From the NCBI GenBank assembly GCA_964016885.1, contig OZ024751.1, positions 47,864,001 to 47,928,000 on the forward strand: a stretch of DNA of 64,000 bases, given 5' to 3'. Both the position numbers and the translations under genes were made by a program. How positions within the stretch are numbered: position 1 is the first letter of the stretch; every line of letters starts with the position of its first letter. The notes beneath the pieces are model-generated. The model saw only the letters and a list, made by a program, of their open reading frames with translations, did not search any database and was not told where the DNA came from. This document shows positions 30,740 through 45,450 of this stretch, in pieces. The DNA comes from Eledone cirrhosa. Taxonomy: Eukaryota.

Positions 30740-31076
30740 TAAGACAAATAATTGTTTCTACTTTTGGCACAAGGCCAGCAATTACCCAGTACATTACTGG
30801 TACTTTATTTTATCGACCTCGTAAGGATGAAAGGCAAAGTTAACCTCGGCAAGACAAATAATTGTTTCTACTTTAGGCACAAGGCCAGCAATTATCCAGT
30901 GCATTACTGGTACTTTATTTTATCGACCCCGTAAGGATGAAAGGCAAAGTTAACCTCGGCAAGACAAATAATTGTTTCTACTTTAGGCACAAGGCCAGCA
31001 ATTATCCAGTGCATTACTGGTACTTTATTTTATCGATGCCGTAAGGATGAAAGGCAAAGCTAACCTCGGCGGGATT
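30740..31076 (-). mobile_element. Three 110-bp tandem copies of an S1 SINE 3' half
   Basis: aagacaaataattgtttctac...gttaacctcggc is repeated three times. Confidence 0.9.
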
Positions 31077-31557
31077 AATTCCAAGAAATGTTATGTATCA
31101 CTCATTGGATATGTAGAGGACACAACATGGCTGAAACATTAAGTTTGGTTCGCAATCATTAGGTTCCAAGGTCGATCCCACTGAGTGGCACATCTTGGGG
31201 AAAATGTCATTTACCATAGCTTGGTGGACGGAAACTGTTTGGAAGCCCGTCAGATGGTCTCTACCTGTAATCCTCCTGAGAATTACTCTAAGGATATATG
31301 ATATGATATGATATGCGGGACTGAGCAAAGATAATTTCATGAGCAAGCTGTTCTGTTGATCGAACTACTGAAATGCTCATCGTCGAAAGCAACCGAGGTC
31401 CTTTCCAATGACAGACAATGAGGACATGGAAATACTTAGACAATTCATTTTTTTTAAATAAATAATATAGAAAAAAACCATAAATATATGGTTCTGTTTA
31501 TTTATGGACCGCATCGTTTCACTTGTTTCCATTAATTGTAAATGACAGAGGAAAATC

Positions 31558-31733
31558 TACGAGAGTCGGCTGAAAGGTTCATAGACTGACTATGAGGGAG
31601 TGATGCTAGAGCTGTGAAATCTTGTATGCATTAATTTCAATTCTATTTATTAATAACTGCATTGTTTTCTTCCATCTGATCATTCCATGAGAGTATCTTT
31701 GTCAGGCTATGAAATTTTTAGCCGACCTTCGTA
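31558..31733. mobile_element. mariner-type MITE
   Basis: TIRs tacgagagtcggctgaaaggttcatagactgac / gtcaggctatgaaatttttagccgaccttcgta with TA ends. Confidence 0.75.
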
Positions 31734-32374
31734 AGGGAGTTAAAAAGCGTACGGTCCATGCCAGGGAGCACCCTAACCACCACCACCACCATTATAATAG
31801 GTTTTATGGAGCCGTAACTCCTGGTGGAGTCGAAGGGACAGACTAGCGGCATACGGCATTTCTTGGACATTTTAAACCTTCCGGAGAAAAAAAAGAGTAC
31901 TAGAGAGATGAAGTGTCAGAGAGAAAGAATCGATCCCAAGTACTACATTGGTACTTTTTTATCGACTTCAAAAGGATGAAAGGCAAAGGATGACCTCAAA
32001 AGGATGAAGGGATTGAAATTGAGAGTGCAGACGACTGGAACGAAATAGGGTAAAGTATTCAATGTTCTAAAACAAACAATTCGCCTTCTATATTATAGAT
32101 AGATAGACAAACAGATAGGTAGATAGATAGATATATTTCTTTATTAGCCACAGGGGCACAAAAGAAGGGGACAAATACAAAGGAGGAAGTTTACATACAA
32201 TAAAAACGTGTAAAATGTTATCACAGATGGAATTTAAAAGTTAGTCGATTTTCCCCAATAGAGGGAGACAGTTTATATGGGTAACACATACCCCCGAAAA
32301 AAAAATGTGCAACCCTCATCTCCAGGAGTACGAAGAGCTTGTACTCCTTTCCTCTCCTCCTCCTTTTCCTCAAC

Positions 32375-35300
32375 CTACAGGCTGATATAGAGAGAAGGCC
32401 CATTCACTCGGGCCATTCTCGCCACTTTCACCCACCTTTCATAAAACTTGCTGGGGTACAGCACCTCTCTCTCCATCCTGATTCTTCTTCCAAAGTGGTA
32501 TTTGAAAAAAAGAATCAGTTGTTGGCCGGAGAGAAAGGTGTCTGACCTCAGCCCTTTCAACCTTGTCCACCATACAACCTCTTTCGCCATAGCTATCACA
32601 CAAAGGAAAACCGCCTCTCCTTCGTTTTTGAAGGAGGGTGGCGGTTTGATCATGACAATGGACTCGGTGGTCAACTGGATTGGTCCCACCCGCGACAATA
32701 GTCGTTCTACATATCCCCACAGGTCAGTGACGCCCGGGCAGTGTATGAATGCGTGCGCGACGGTTTCTTCGTCTCGCACGCACCTCGGACAGATCTTTTT
32801 TGCAGGGTCCCTGCCCGGGCGCCCGTGTCTGTAGAGCTTGTCTCGAACTGGTAGAGCTCCTCGGTAGCACTGCCAGGCCAGGGACTTTTGGAAGTTGTCC
32901 ATCGGTCCCGGGCGGAAGGTCCTACCGAACAGACTGGCCAGTTCATCTTCCTCTACGCCTATAGTTTCACCGAGCGCGTCGTCGCACTTGCTGCGGACCA
33001 ACCCTCTATAGAATGACGAAGTGGAGTCTCCACTGATCTCCGGGTCCGCCTGCCAGAGGGCTGTGAGCGCCTGAGCACATTCGATGTGCCAGTCGCCCAT
33101 TTTCCTCGGTCTCTGCTTGACCCAGGACTGCAGCTCGGTCAGCGAGACGAGTCGTGGGAAGGCTCGCCTCACGAACGGGGCCCACACCGGTTGTCCGGTG
33201 AGGAATACGTAGAGATGCCGCAGCCTGAGCGCGTGTTTGCATCGTCAACCACGGCATCCCCAGCCCTCCGTTAGAAGGGTGTTGGCAGCAGATGGATCTT
33301 CTCACCAAAGGAGCCCGCCTCTTCCAAAGGAATCGGAAGAGCGCGCGCTCCATTTTGGCGAGCGTTTAGGCTGGACAAGGCACGACGGTCAAGCGGTAGT
33401 AGATGGCGGACGCTATAAAAGTGTTCGCCACCTCCGCTCGACCTTTCAAGGATAGTTTGCAATCGGCCCACTTCTGGGTGAGTGCAAACACCTTGGCCGT
33501 CACTTCGTTCCAGTTCTTCTCCACCTGGAGGTCCGGACCAAACCAGACCCCGAGCAGCTTTACCGGTCCTTCCGTCCAGCGTCCGACGACGCCATCGGAA
33601 GGCATCGGTCTGCCTCTCCACGATCCGAGTTGCAAACCGATGGACTTGTCCCGGTTCAGCTTCGCTCCTGTGAGACTTTCGTATTCCTTTAGTAAGGTGC
33701 CGACTTTCTCGATTTGCGAGGCGCTCGACACCATTACTGTCACGTCGTCGGCGTAGGCCGACGCCGCTTTCCGCAGTCCCGGTTCCAGAGGGATGCCCTG
33801 CAATAGCTCCAGCTTCCGCAGTAGTGGCTCGAGAGTCAGTACGTACAGAAGGGAGGAGAGAGGGCATCCCTGTCGAATGGATCGCGTAATATGGAACGGC
33901 TCCGAGAGGTAACCGTTCACCTTGACCCTTGAGCAGATGTTGCTGTTGTGCATTGCAGCAATCCAGCCCCTGAACACGGGTCCGAAGCCTGCCGCCTCGA
34001 GCACCGCATCCAGGTAACGATGGTCAACCCTATCGAAAGCCTTAGACTGATCCAAGTTGATCAGGGCCCCACCGAAGCCGGGTTTACACCCTACCCTCTC
34101 TATGATGTATCGCATGAGGTGGAGGTTGTCGTGTATGGACCTGGTCGGGATCGCGCATGTCTGCGCTTCTCCCACCAGGTTCTCGACGACAAGCGCCAGC
34201 CTCTTTGCCAACACCTTGGCCAAAATCTGTAACTCTGTGTTTAGCAGAGTTATGGGCCGGAAGTTGCCTATGTCATCCCCCTTATTCTCGTCCTTCCTGA
34301 TTAGTGTGACCACGCCCCCGGTTACAGAACTGGGAATTCTCCCGTTCTGTTGCCAGTTGCAGTAGACCGCTTCCAGGAGACCGGAGAATAAGTCCGGCAT
34401 TGCTACGTAAAATTCGTAGGGTAGACCGTCGAGACCTGGAGATTTGCGTTTGCCGCATTGGCTCAGCGCGTCCCCTATCTCAGTGGCTGAAATCGGCTTT
34501 TCGCAGAACTTCGCCTCGCTGTCCGAGAGTCGCGGTAGGCCGTCGAGGTATGGACCGAAATCCATAGCCTCTCCCGGCGCGCCGCTCCCCCCGAACAGCC
34601 GAGCAAAGTGCCGCTGAAAAGCCGCACACATCTGCTTCGGCTCACGTATCACGCGTCCGTTTTGGTCCTTCAAAGACCGAATCGTGGACTTGTTGCCACT
34701 TTTTGCCTCCGTCACTCGGGCCCAGCTAACAGCTTTGGCTCCCTCGTTTCCCAGAGCACGTATTTTGCTTCTGACAACGCAGCCCTCGTGCTTTGCGTCG
34801 AAGAACTGGTCCAAGGCCGTTCTCGTTGCTAGCACGCTGGCTACGTTGCCACTTCTAATTGCCTCTTCTACTTTATCTACCAGTTCCTTCTCAGTTCTAT
34901 TTCTATCTAACGCTAATTCTTTACTAAAAGCTATCGAGTCTAATCTAACTGCCCTCTTGAGAGAGTACCACCATCTGTTGTTGACAATGGCCCCTGTCAA
35001 GTGCTGTTTAACTAAAGTGCTAATCCGTCTACTGTAGGCTTTGCTTGTCGGTAACGACAAGTTCAGCTTCCAGTAGCCGGGTCCTTGTCTATGGGTTCTA
35101 TCAAGGTTGGCCATGCAGGTCACTAGTTTGTGATCTGAATAGGCAACCATGAACATTTGTGGACAGCTTAACATGTCCCTATCCTTATTTCTAACTAGAA
35201 CCCTATCTAGGTACGATCTAGATGTTCCGCTACGATTACTCCACGTCCACAGTGGCGCAGTCGGAAAATCTAGTCGATATCTATCGGCCAGGTCAAATCG

Positions 35301-35810
35301 GTCGATTAACTGTTTGAGGCTGTTACACCCCCCTTTTTCGGGACATGCTCCCACATAGTCCCAACGTGCATCTAGGATTCCATTCCAGTCCCCCACTAAA
35401 AGCAAGGAGCGGGACGTTCCCAGAAAAGTCTCTAGACGTTTGAAGAAGTCTGGCCGCGGTGTCCCGGATGGGGCATATGCGGCCACCAGCCTGAACGCTC
35501 CACCTTCACTACCGTCAACGTCTAGGACCACCAGTCGACCCTCCGGGTCCAGATGTACCGTCTGTGTTACGAGGCCCAGGTGTTTCCGCAGCAAAACGGC
35601 AACTCCGCCCCCACCCCCCGGTTGACAGAGAGATGCGTAGATCTCAAAGTCATCGAAGATGGGGGCCAGCTGTCGCTCGCCGTGGATCCTGGACTCGCAA
35701 ATGGCTACCACATCCAAACTGTGCGACCTGAGGTCGTTTAAGAGTTTGCCCTGTTTCCAGGGCATCCCCAGGCCGCGTACGTTCACACATCCAACTTTTA
35801 TATTGGCCAT
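32375..35810 (-). pseudogene. ORF2 pol (APE endonuclease, reverse transcriptase, CCHC knuckle), with one in-frame TAA at 33366-33368 and a frameshift near 33240
   Basis: Motifs NVRG, GDWN, LDRV, SDH; KSPGLDGL, FRPITLLN, DQSKAFDRVDH, RQGCPLS, YADD; GGLGMP; CPRC..ETVAHAFIHC. MERALFRFLW continues in frame after the stop. Confidence 0.9.
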
Positions 35811-35843
35811 GTTGGTGCTGAAAAGTTAAAAGAGGAAAAGAGA

Positions 35844-36592
35844 TCACTCACCCTTCGCCTCCTGGGGACCAGGCCGCACGATTTCCATGGGGGTGTTGGA
35901 GGGGTTGTCTGGATGGGTGGTGGTTTCCGGCGGGGTGGGGACGCAGATGTTTGGTGGGGTGGGGTCTGGTGGGATGGGGGTGTCTGGGGTGGGGAGGCAT
36001 TTGAGAAGGACGCGGTTGAGTGGTTTCACGCAGGAATTCCCCACATCCTTCTCAAATGTTTCTTTTAGGGACCTATAAGTTTGTATAGGGACCCTAATCA
36101 GTTTTAGGTTCAGTTTTTTGCTATTTTTTATAGAGTGGGCGAAAGTTTTCCCTTCGGTGAAAACCGAAGGGTCGTTCGTGATGGTCTCCATTAGTGTTTT
36201 GTTTTCAGTGTTTATGTAAGTGTAAGTGTAATTTTCTTGTGTTGTGTTTGTTTTTGTCTGTAGTTCTTGTGTGTGCTTTCGTTTTGTTGTAGGTATTTTG
36301 TTTTCAGGAGGTGGGGGTTTTGTTTGTGATATTTTTGTTGTTTGTGTTGGTGGTTGTATGTTTGTGGTAGTGTTTGCTGGTTTTTTGCTTTTGTGATGTC
36401 TTTTCTTTCTTTTCGAGCGATGGGGTTCTCCCTCGTCTTCACTGGGTGATGGCGAGATAGCCTCATCTGTTGTATCGTCTGTGTGATTGCGGAGGGGTAT
36501 GTCTTGGGGAGCTGTTGTGTCTGTATGTGATTTTGCAGTGGTTTTAGGTGGAGTGGGGTTGGGTGGGACTGTGTTTGTTGTGGTTATTTTTG
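35844..36592 (-). CDS. C-terminal part of Tx1 ORF1 (Thr/Pro/Lys-rich)
   Basis: Open frame ends 33 bp before the ORF2 ATG. The annotated N-terminal extension runs through (TATC)n and the neighbouring copy and is not real. Confidence 0.55.
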
Positions 36593-36627
<35 letters not shown>

Positions 36628-36628
36628 A

Positions 36629-37129
36629 TTTCTTTATTAGCCACAAGGGCACAAAAGAAGGGGACAAATACAAATGGGGAGTTTACATACAGGTATATGA
36701 AAATAAAACTATTAATAAAACAACAAATAACAATTGAAATCCCCAATAGGGGGAAGGTGTTACACAGGGGTTGTACACACCCCGAAAAAATGTACAACCC
36801 TCATCTCCAGGGGCACCAAGAGTGAGTACTCCCTTCCTCTCTTCCCCTTTTTCCTCAACCTACAGGCTTATATAGAGAGAAGGCCCAACCACTCGGGCCA
36901 TCTTTGCCACATTCACCCACCTTTTATAAAACTTGCTGGGGTACAGCACCTCTCTCTCCATCCTGGGGTACAGCACCTCTCTCTCCATCCTGATTCTTCT
37001 TCCAAAATGATATTTGGAAAAACGAATCAGTTGTTCGCCGGAGAGAAAGGTGTCTGACCTCAGCCCTTTTAACCTCGTCCACCATATAACCTCTTTCACC
37101 ATAGCCATAACACATAGGAAAACCGTCTC
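36629..37129 (-). mobile_element. Second, strongly 5'-truncated Tx1 copy
   Basis: Homologous to 32136-32615 (VFLCVMAMVKEVIWWTRLKG..), has a small internal duplication, and is flanked on both sides by (TAGA)n. Confidence 0.9.
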
Positions 37130-37201
<72 letters not shown>

Positions 37202-37325
37202 CAAACAGATAGATAATGCATTACATACAATATGATTCGTTATAGATGGGCATACGCTTCGTTCTGAACGAGCGCTTTCATATACAAGATTGATTGGGCA
37301 CGTCTCTCTCTCTCTCTCACACGAG

Positions 37326-37357
<32 letters not shown>

Positions 37358-37391
37358 TGTTCTAATTAATCCATGCATACAACACAGACAC

Positions 37392-37486
37392 ACAAACGTG
37401 TATATGTATACATAACTGCATACACATACATATATATATATATATACACACATAAACGTGCGTGTGCATACATAACTGCATACACA

Positions 37487-37530
<44 letters not shown>

Positions 37531-37631
37531 TAAACGTGCGTGTGCATACATAACTGCATACACAAACATATATATATATATATATACACACACATAAACG
37601 TGCGTGTGCATACATAACTGCATACACAAAC

Positions 37632-37664
<33 letters not shown>

Positions 37665-37701
37665 TAAACGTGCGTGTGCATACATAACTGCATAAACAAA
37701 C

Positions 37702-37708
<7 letters not shown>
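37392..37708. repeat. Minisatellite of ~60-70 bp with variable (TA)n (about 5 copies)
   Basis: cataaacgtgcgtgtgcatacataactgcatacacaaaca is repeated. Confidence 0.85.
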
Positions 37709-37749
<41 letters not shown>

Positions 37750-37760
37750 ATACATATAGT

Positions 37761-37804
<44 letters not shown>

Positions 37805-38265
37805 CATACATACATATATACATACACGAGTGTGGAATATGATAACTTGTGATGTCGTTTTCCTTCTTTTGCCCTTATTTTTATTTTTACCTGTTTTTAG
37901 GGAGATTCTCGGTTGCTTTTTCTTTCTTTTTGGGGTTATTTTTTCCATTTTCAAGCAAAGAAATCGGTTGAAGCGGAGTTAATGAGTGAAGTCTTCGGAA
38001 TAAAATGGATTCTGACAAAAGAAATATTTTATTTGCCTGTGTGTGTGGTGTGTTGTGTGTGTGGTGTGTGCGTGGTGTGTGCGTGGTGTGCGTATGTGTG
38101 CGTGCGTGTGCGTGTGTGTGTGTGATTTGATGTATGTATATGTAAAACCCTATTTATGTGTGTATGTGCTACTATCAGGGAATATATGTCGACCTCGCAA
38201 TCTCTCTCATTTATGTATTTGTATATATATATATATACATATATATACACATGTGTATGTGTTTG

Positions 38266-38304
<39 letters not shown>

Positions 38305-38399
38305 ATACATATAGTTATGTATGTACCTTCAACTCTGACATTTCTTACTGTGTAGTATATAAAGTTCTAAAGTGTAGAGTAAATTGTTCTCTTTACCCT

Positions 38400-40135
<1,736 letters not shown>

Positions 40136-40239
40136 ATATGGCGCCGTACGGTTCCATCAACCAAATTAATATAAATATGGAAACGATTCAGCTTTTATTC
40201 GTGCTCACCACAGCCGAGACCCCTACTGCCGCCCTACCA

Positions 40240-41225
40240 ATAACACCACCACCCCCTACCTCCAACTCTACCTTTACCACCACCACTACCACCTCCATCA
40301 CCACCACTACCTTTACAGCCAACACCACTACCAAGACTATCACCTCTACCTTCGCCACCACTACTACCACCACCTCCATCACCCCCACCATCATACTACC
40401 ACCACCACCTATACCACCACGATTACAACCACCACCACCATCACTGCCACCACAACCACCACACCACCACCATCACGCTACCACCACCAACCCCTCCAAC
40501 ATCACTACCACCACCACACTACCACCGCCATCATACTACCAGCGCTACCACCACCACTACCTCCACCACCACACTACCACCACCACCACCACCACCACCA
40601 CACTACCACCACCACACTACCTCCACCACCACCACACTACCACCACCACCACCACTACCTCCACCACCACTACCACCACCACACTACCACCACCATCACA
40701 CTACCTCCACCACCACTACCACCATCACACTACCACCACCATCATACTACCAGCACTACCACCACCACCACCTCTACCACCACACTACCACCACCATCAC
40801 ACTACCACCACCACCACCACTACCAATACCACCACCACACTACCACCACCACCACCAATACCACCACCACACTACCACCACCATCACACTACCTCCACCA
40901 CCACTACCACCACCACACTACCACCACCATCATACTACCACCACCACCACTACCTCCACCACCATCACACCACCACCATCACACCACCAACACCACCACC
41001 ACTACCTCCACCACCACTACCACCACCTCACTACCACCACCATCACACTACCTCCACCACCACACTACCACCACCATCATACTACCACCACCATCATACT
41101 ACCACCACTACGACCATCACACCACCACTACCTCCACCACCACCATTACACCACCACCATCACACCACCACCACACTACCATCACACCACCACCACACTA
41201 CCACCTACACCACCACCACCACCAT
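40240..41225. repeat. (ACC/ACT)n degenerate tract
   Basis: Direct; the 390-aa T/P/H ORF is low-complexity. Confidence 0.85.
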
Positions 41226-41857
41226 CTGCCCTTATAATTTGACCATTGACAATTACGGAGTTTGTTTTAAAAATAGAGGCAGATATTTTTAAAGATTTGT
41301 TATGCAACATATATATCCAGTGTGTATAACTGTATGTATGACATTATATACACTGGTTTTGTGTCTGTGGCTTAGTGAATGTATGTTTGTGTGTTAATGG
41401 GTGTGTATTTGCATCTGTATGCATGTATGTATGTATGTATATATATGTGTGTATATAAGTATGTATGTATGTAGGAATGTGTATATATATGTATATGTGT
41501 GTATATATGGATATATGTATGTATGTATGTGTGTATGTATGTGTGTGTGTGTATGTGTGTATGTATGTGTGTATGTATGTGTGTATGTATGTGTACATGT
41601 ATGTATAGCATCTAGGAATCATTTTGGTGTATGTGTGAGTGTATATAAGGTTTATAAATGTTAGCGGTGTGTATAACTTGTATAAGCGTGTGTGTGTGTG
41701 TATATGAGGAATGCGTATAAGGGTGTGTGTGTGTGTGGTGTGTATAATTGTGTGTGGTGTATATAAGTGTGTGTACGAGGAATGCGTATAAGTCTCTCTC
41801 TCTCTTTCTTTCTATCTATCTATCAATATATGTGTGTGTGTGTATATATATACGTAC

Positions 41858-41905
<48 letters not shown>

Positions 41906-41907
<2 letters not shown>

Positions 41908-42125
41908 CGAAGGAAATGTGGTAAGGAACCAGGTGGACCATAACGCACCAAAGTACTCAATACTTGAGGTAGTAGAGTGGGTAATAGGAACCAGTAAGAC
42001 CCCGACAGCTGAGCTCAAGCCGTTTCGACGGCTAAAAAAAAAAAAAAAACCGCTTTTTTTTTTTTTTTTTTTTTTTAGCCGTCGAAACGGCTTGAGCTCA
42101 GCTGTCGGGGTCTTACTGGTTCCTA
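41906..42125 (-). mobile_element. Family A element with fold-back (hairpin ~41985-42125; A-tract/T-tract apex)
   Basis: gccgtttcgacggct-(A)n-ccgc-(T)n-agccgtcgaaacggc; (TA)n flanks. Confidence 0.75.
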
Positions 42126-42420
42126 TATATATATATATATATACGTACGTACGTGTGTGTGTGTGTGTGTGTAAGGAAGATGTTTTACTCAGTATTAAGA
42201 TGTTATTGTTTGGTTCTGTTGTTCAGTTATTGTATCTAATATGGCCTCACTGTTGCTGAATTGTCAGTATTTACTCTACTGAGGCCAGCTTCTCTCAATA
42301 CACGTTTATTTGCAACACACACACACACGCACACAGACATAAATATAATATATAAATATATATATATCTCAATCCATATTTTTGTGTGTGCATATATATA
42401 TATATATATGTGTGTGTGTC

Positions 42421-42710
42421 TAACATCTATGGCAAACTCCCTCGAGCCTCTGCCCTTCTAAAATCCCGGAGAGCTCAATTTGCTGGCCACTGTCACCGTG
42501 CCAGCAATGAAATCATATCCGCTCTCTTGCTCTGGAACCCTGACTCCAGCCTGACTAGGAGTAGGAAGCTGTCATTCCCTGACGTTATCTCTAGGGATAC
42601 GGGAATCAGTAGACGAGACCTGGAGGCAGCGATGGGGGACAGGGAATTCTGGGGCATGAGAGTAAGATCCATCATCTCGACAGTAGTCGACGAATGATGA
42701 TGATGATGAT
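42421..42710 (+). mobile_element. RTE/RTEX-like LINE 3' fragment with (TGA)n tail
   Basis: IYGKLP..RRAQFAGHCHR..LLLW..DVISRDTG..AMGDREFW is followed immediately by (tga)n. Confidence 0.75.
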
Positions 42711-42763
42711 ATATATATATATATATATTTATATATATGTATGCATGTATGTATATAGCAACA

Positions 42764-43025
42764 ATCTGGTGAACTCTAACCAACATGGTTCCCGTAATGA
42801 CTGAGAGTGCTTAACGCAGTTCCTGCATCAATTTGATGACATTTTAAGAGCTTTGGGAGAGTGCTCCAACACTGTCATATAACTTGATTACCTGTCATAT
42901 AACTTGATTTCATGACGTCTTTTAACAGAGTTGACCACAACATCCTGTTGAAAAGACTTTCCAACATTGGTGTCTCTCGAACAATGGATTAAGTGTTTCC
43001 TGACAAACAGAGCCCAACCTTTAGT
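42764..43025 (+). pseudogene. CR1-like reverse transcriptase fragment
   Basis: Manual translation NQHGSRN..CLTQFLHQFDDILRAL..LDF...RVDHNILLKRLSNIGV..QWIKCFLTNRAQ matches QHGFR..SCLTQL / DF.KAFD.VDH / WI..FL..R.Q. Confidence 0.7.
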
Positions 43026-43373
43026 CGAACGAATACAATCAACCTCAGCTAAAGTCAGGATTGGATTTAGACCTTGTGTGGCCCGGGGAGATAAAGTTGG
43101 CAGAGCTCTGTTTCGCTGAAAATTAAAGTAAGTGAGACTGTCACTACTCTAAAACAATAGCTTAAGGTCTTCGAAATGCTTTTAATTAAGCATACAGTGT
43201 ATTGCAAAATACACTATATATACATTCATATATATATCGCTATTTCAGAGCACCAATTCTAATTTTCAATTTCTGCTTGACCGGCAACCGCTCTGTATAA
43301 TCAGTTCCTGATTATTACTAGAATTCTATAAGAATCAAACATTCATGATTTTCAGCAAACAGGAGTAGTAGTT

Positions 43374-43418
43374 AGCTTTGATAAACATCAAAAAATGCGA
43401 AACAGAGCTCTGTCAGCT
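43374..43418 (+). ncRNA. Hammerhead, U3-A8 variant (copy 1; A10.1 mismatch)
   Basis: agct-TTGATAA-acatcaaaaaatgc-GAAA-cagagctctg-TC-agct. Confidence 0.6.
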
Positions 43419-43692
43419 TTATCTCCCCTGTTTGCTGAAAATTAAAGTAAGTGAGACTGTCACTACTCTAAAACAATAGCATAAGGTCTTCGAAATGCTT
43501 TTAATTAAGCATACAGTGTATTGCAAAATACATTATATATATATTCATATATATATCGCTATTTCAGAGCACCAATTCTAATTTTCAATTTCTGCTTGAC
43601 CGGCAACCGCTCTGTATAATCAGTTCCTGATTATTACTAGAATTCTATAAGAATCAAACATTCATGATTTTCAGCAAACAGGAGTAGTAGTT

Positions 43693-43737
43693 AGCTTTGA
43701 TAAGCATCAAAAAATGCGAAACAGAGCTCTGTCAGCT
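43693..43737 (+). ncRNA. Hammerhead, U3-A8 variant (copy 2; fully paired)
   Basis: agct-TTGATAA-gcat caaaaa atgc-GAAA-cagagctctg-TC-agct; palindromic stem III ACAGAGCTCTGT; GUC site at 43733. Confidence 0.75.
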
Positions 43738-44372
43738 TTATCTCCCCTGTTTGCTGAAAATTAAAGTAAGTGAGACTGTCACTACTCTAAAACAATAGCA
43801 TAAGGTCTTCGAAATGCTTTTAATTAAGCATACAGTGTATTGCAAAATACACTATATATATATATATATTCAGAGAAACAATTGTCAGCAATGAGATTAA
43901 AAACCTTTTTTGTATAGCAAACCATGTCAATCTTCTTTCCTGATTTATATATATATATATATATTTATTTGTTACTGTTTCTCTTTTCTTCCCCTTTGCT
44001 TTCCGTCCCTCCTTCCTTCGTTTTCCCAATAACTTAACCAGTTATTGACGCCTTGGGGTGAAGTGGTATCTTGTCTTTAAAATGTAAAAATATCCTAGAC
44101 CCCTAGTAGACAACCCCCCCCCCCCCGTTCTTGCTTTCTACGTATTCCCACTGCATTTTAAGTTTCCTTAAATAGCAACTACACAGCCAGTTCTATTCTC
44201 CATATATTTCATTATATATATATATATAATGGGATCATTAAATTTGTTAAGGTAAGATTTTTTTTGTTATCTTGGCGATTTAATTTTCTTTCCAATGCAT
44301 TGTTCGGTTTTTTAAATTATTTAAATTTGTGTTTCCTATTCAACAATACTTCAAGTAAGCTACAAAACTCTG

Positions 44373-44409
<37 letters not shown>

Positions 44410-44415
<6 letters not shown>

Positions 44416-44491
44416 AATAACATTAAGAAAGATGCTGAGATTACATAAAGCTTTATGTAATCTCAGCATCTTTATTAATGTTATTCTTATA
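44410..44491. repeat. Near-perfect 40-bp-arm palindrome abutting (TA)n
   Basis: ataagaataacattaagaaagatgctgagattacataaag|ctttatgtaatctcagcatctttattaatgttattcttat. Confidence 0.9.
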
Positions 44492-44586
44492 CTGAATCTC
44501 CATCGTACCTACACACTACAAATGTAGAGAGCTTTCTCCTGATTACATTTGTTTTTTTACCAAAACAACTTTTTTACTGAACACAT

Positions 44587-44628
<42 letters not shown>

Positions 44629-44707
44629 GTGTGTATGTGTGTGTTCAGTAAAAAAGTATGTTATGGAATACTGTTAGCTTCTCGCTACAACAATTTCTAT
44701 ACTTTTC

Positions 44708-44741
<34 letters not shown>

Positions 44742-44891
44742 TAGGAAATCTAGTACAATGCAAATTAGAAATCCAAGAGGTGTTGGTGATGGGGTGGAGG
44801 GTTTGTTCTCTCCCCACCGTCAGAAATAACTTAAAAGTGAAACATACATTTTTCCCAACCATTCACCCACCCCTCCTCCAACACATTACAT

Positions 44892-45450
44892 CCCCACACC
44901 TCTCTCTCTCTCCCACCTCTTTCTCTCTCTCTCACACACCTCTTTCTCTCCCTCCCACACCTCTCTCTCTCCCTCCCACACCTCTTTCTCTCTCCCTCTC
45001 TCACCCACACCTCTTTCTCTCTCTCCAACACCTCTTTCTCTCTCCCTCTCTCACCCACACCTCTTTCTCTCTCTCCAACACCTCTTTCTCTCTCCCTCTC
45101 TCACCCACACCTCTTTCTCTCTCTCTCCAACACCTCTTTCTCTCTCCCTCTCTCACCCACACCTCTCTCTCTCTCCAACACCTCTTTCTCTTTTCCTCTC
45201 TCACCCACACCTCTTTCTCTCTCTCTCACCCACACCTTTTTCTCTCTCTCTCCAACACCTCTTTTTCTCTCCCTCTCTCACCCACACCTCTTTTTCTCTC
45301 TCTCCCACACCTCTTTCTCTCTCTCTCCAACACCTCTTTTTCTCTCCCTCTCTCACCCACACCTTTTTCTCTCTCTCTCCAACACCTCTTTTTCTCTCCC
45401 TCTCTCACCCACACCTCTTTTTCTCTCTCTCCCACACCTCTTTCTCCCTC
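44892..45450. repeat. CT-rich minisatellite (cacacctctttctctctc...)
   Basis: Direct. Confidence 0.9.

Larger units (their letters stand above)
32136..36592 (-). mobile_element. Tx1/L1-clade non-LTR retrotransposon, 5'-truncated within ORF1
   Basis: GC-rich island with APE endonuclease + RT + C-terminal zinc knuckle; 3' end gtggctaataaagaaa; both junctions lie in (TATC)n. Confidence 0.92.
43085..43870 (+). mobile_element. Retrozyme-like tandem array, 319-bp unit x2.4, with a short inverted 5' end (43085-43116)
   Basis: ctgaaaattaaag at 43116, 43435 and 43754; one hammerhead per unit; array ends in (TA)n. Confidence 0.8.

Noticed and set aside
30740-31076. Regularly repeated S1 units as a CRISPR array or tRNA genes
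   Set aside because: They are SINE fragments; the heads have A/B boxes but no complete cloverleaf.
32448-35741. Plus-strand ORFs overlapping the Tx1 element
   Set aside because: Antisense shadows of the GC-rich ORF2.
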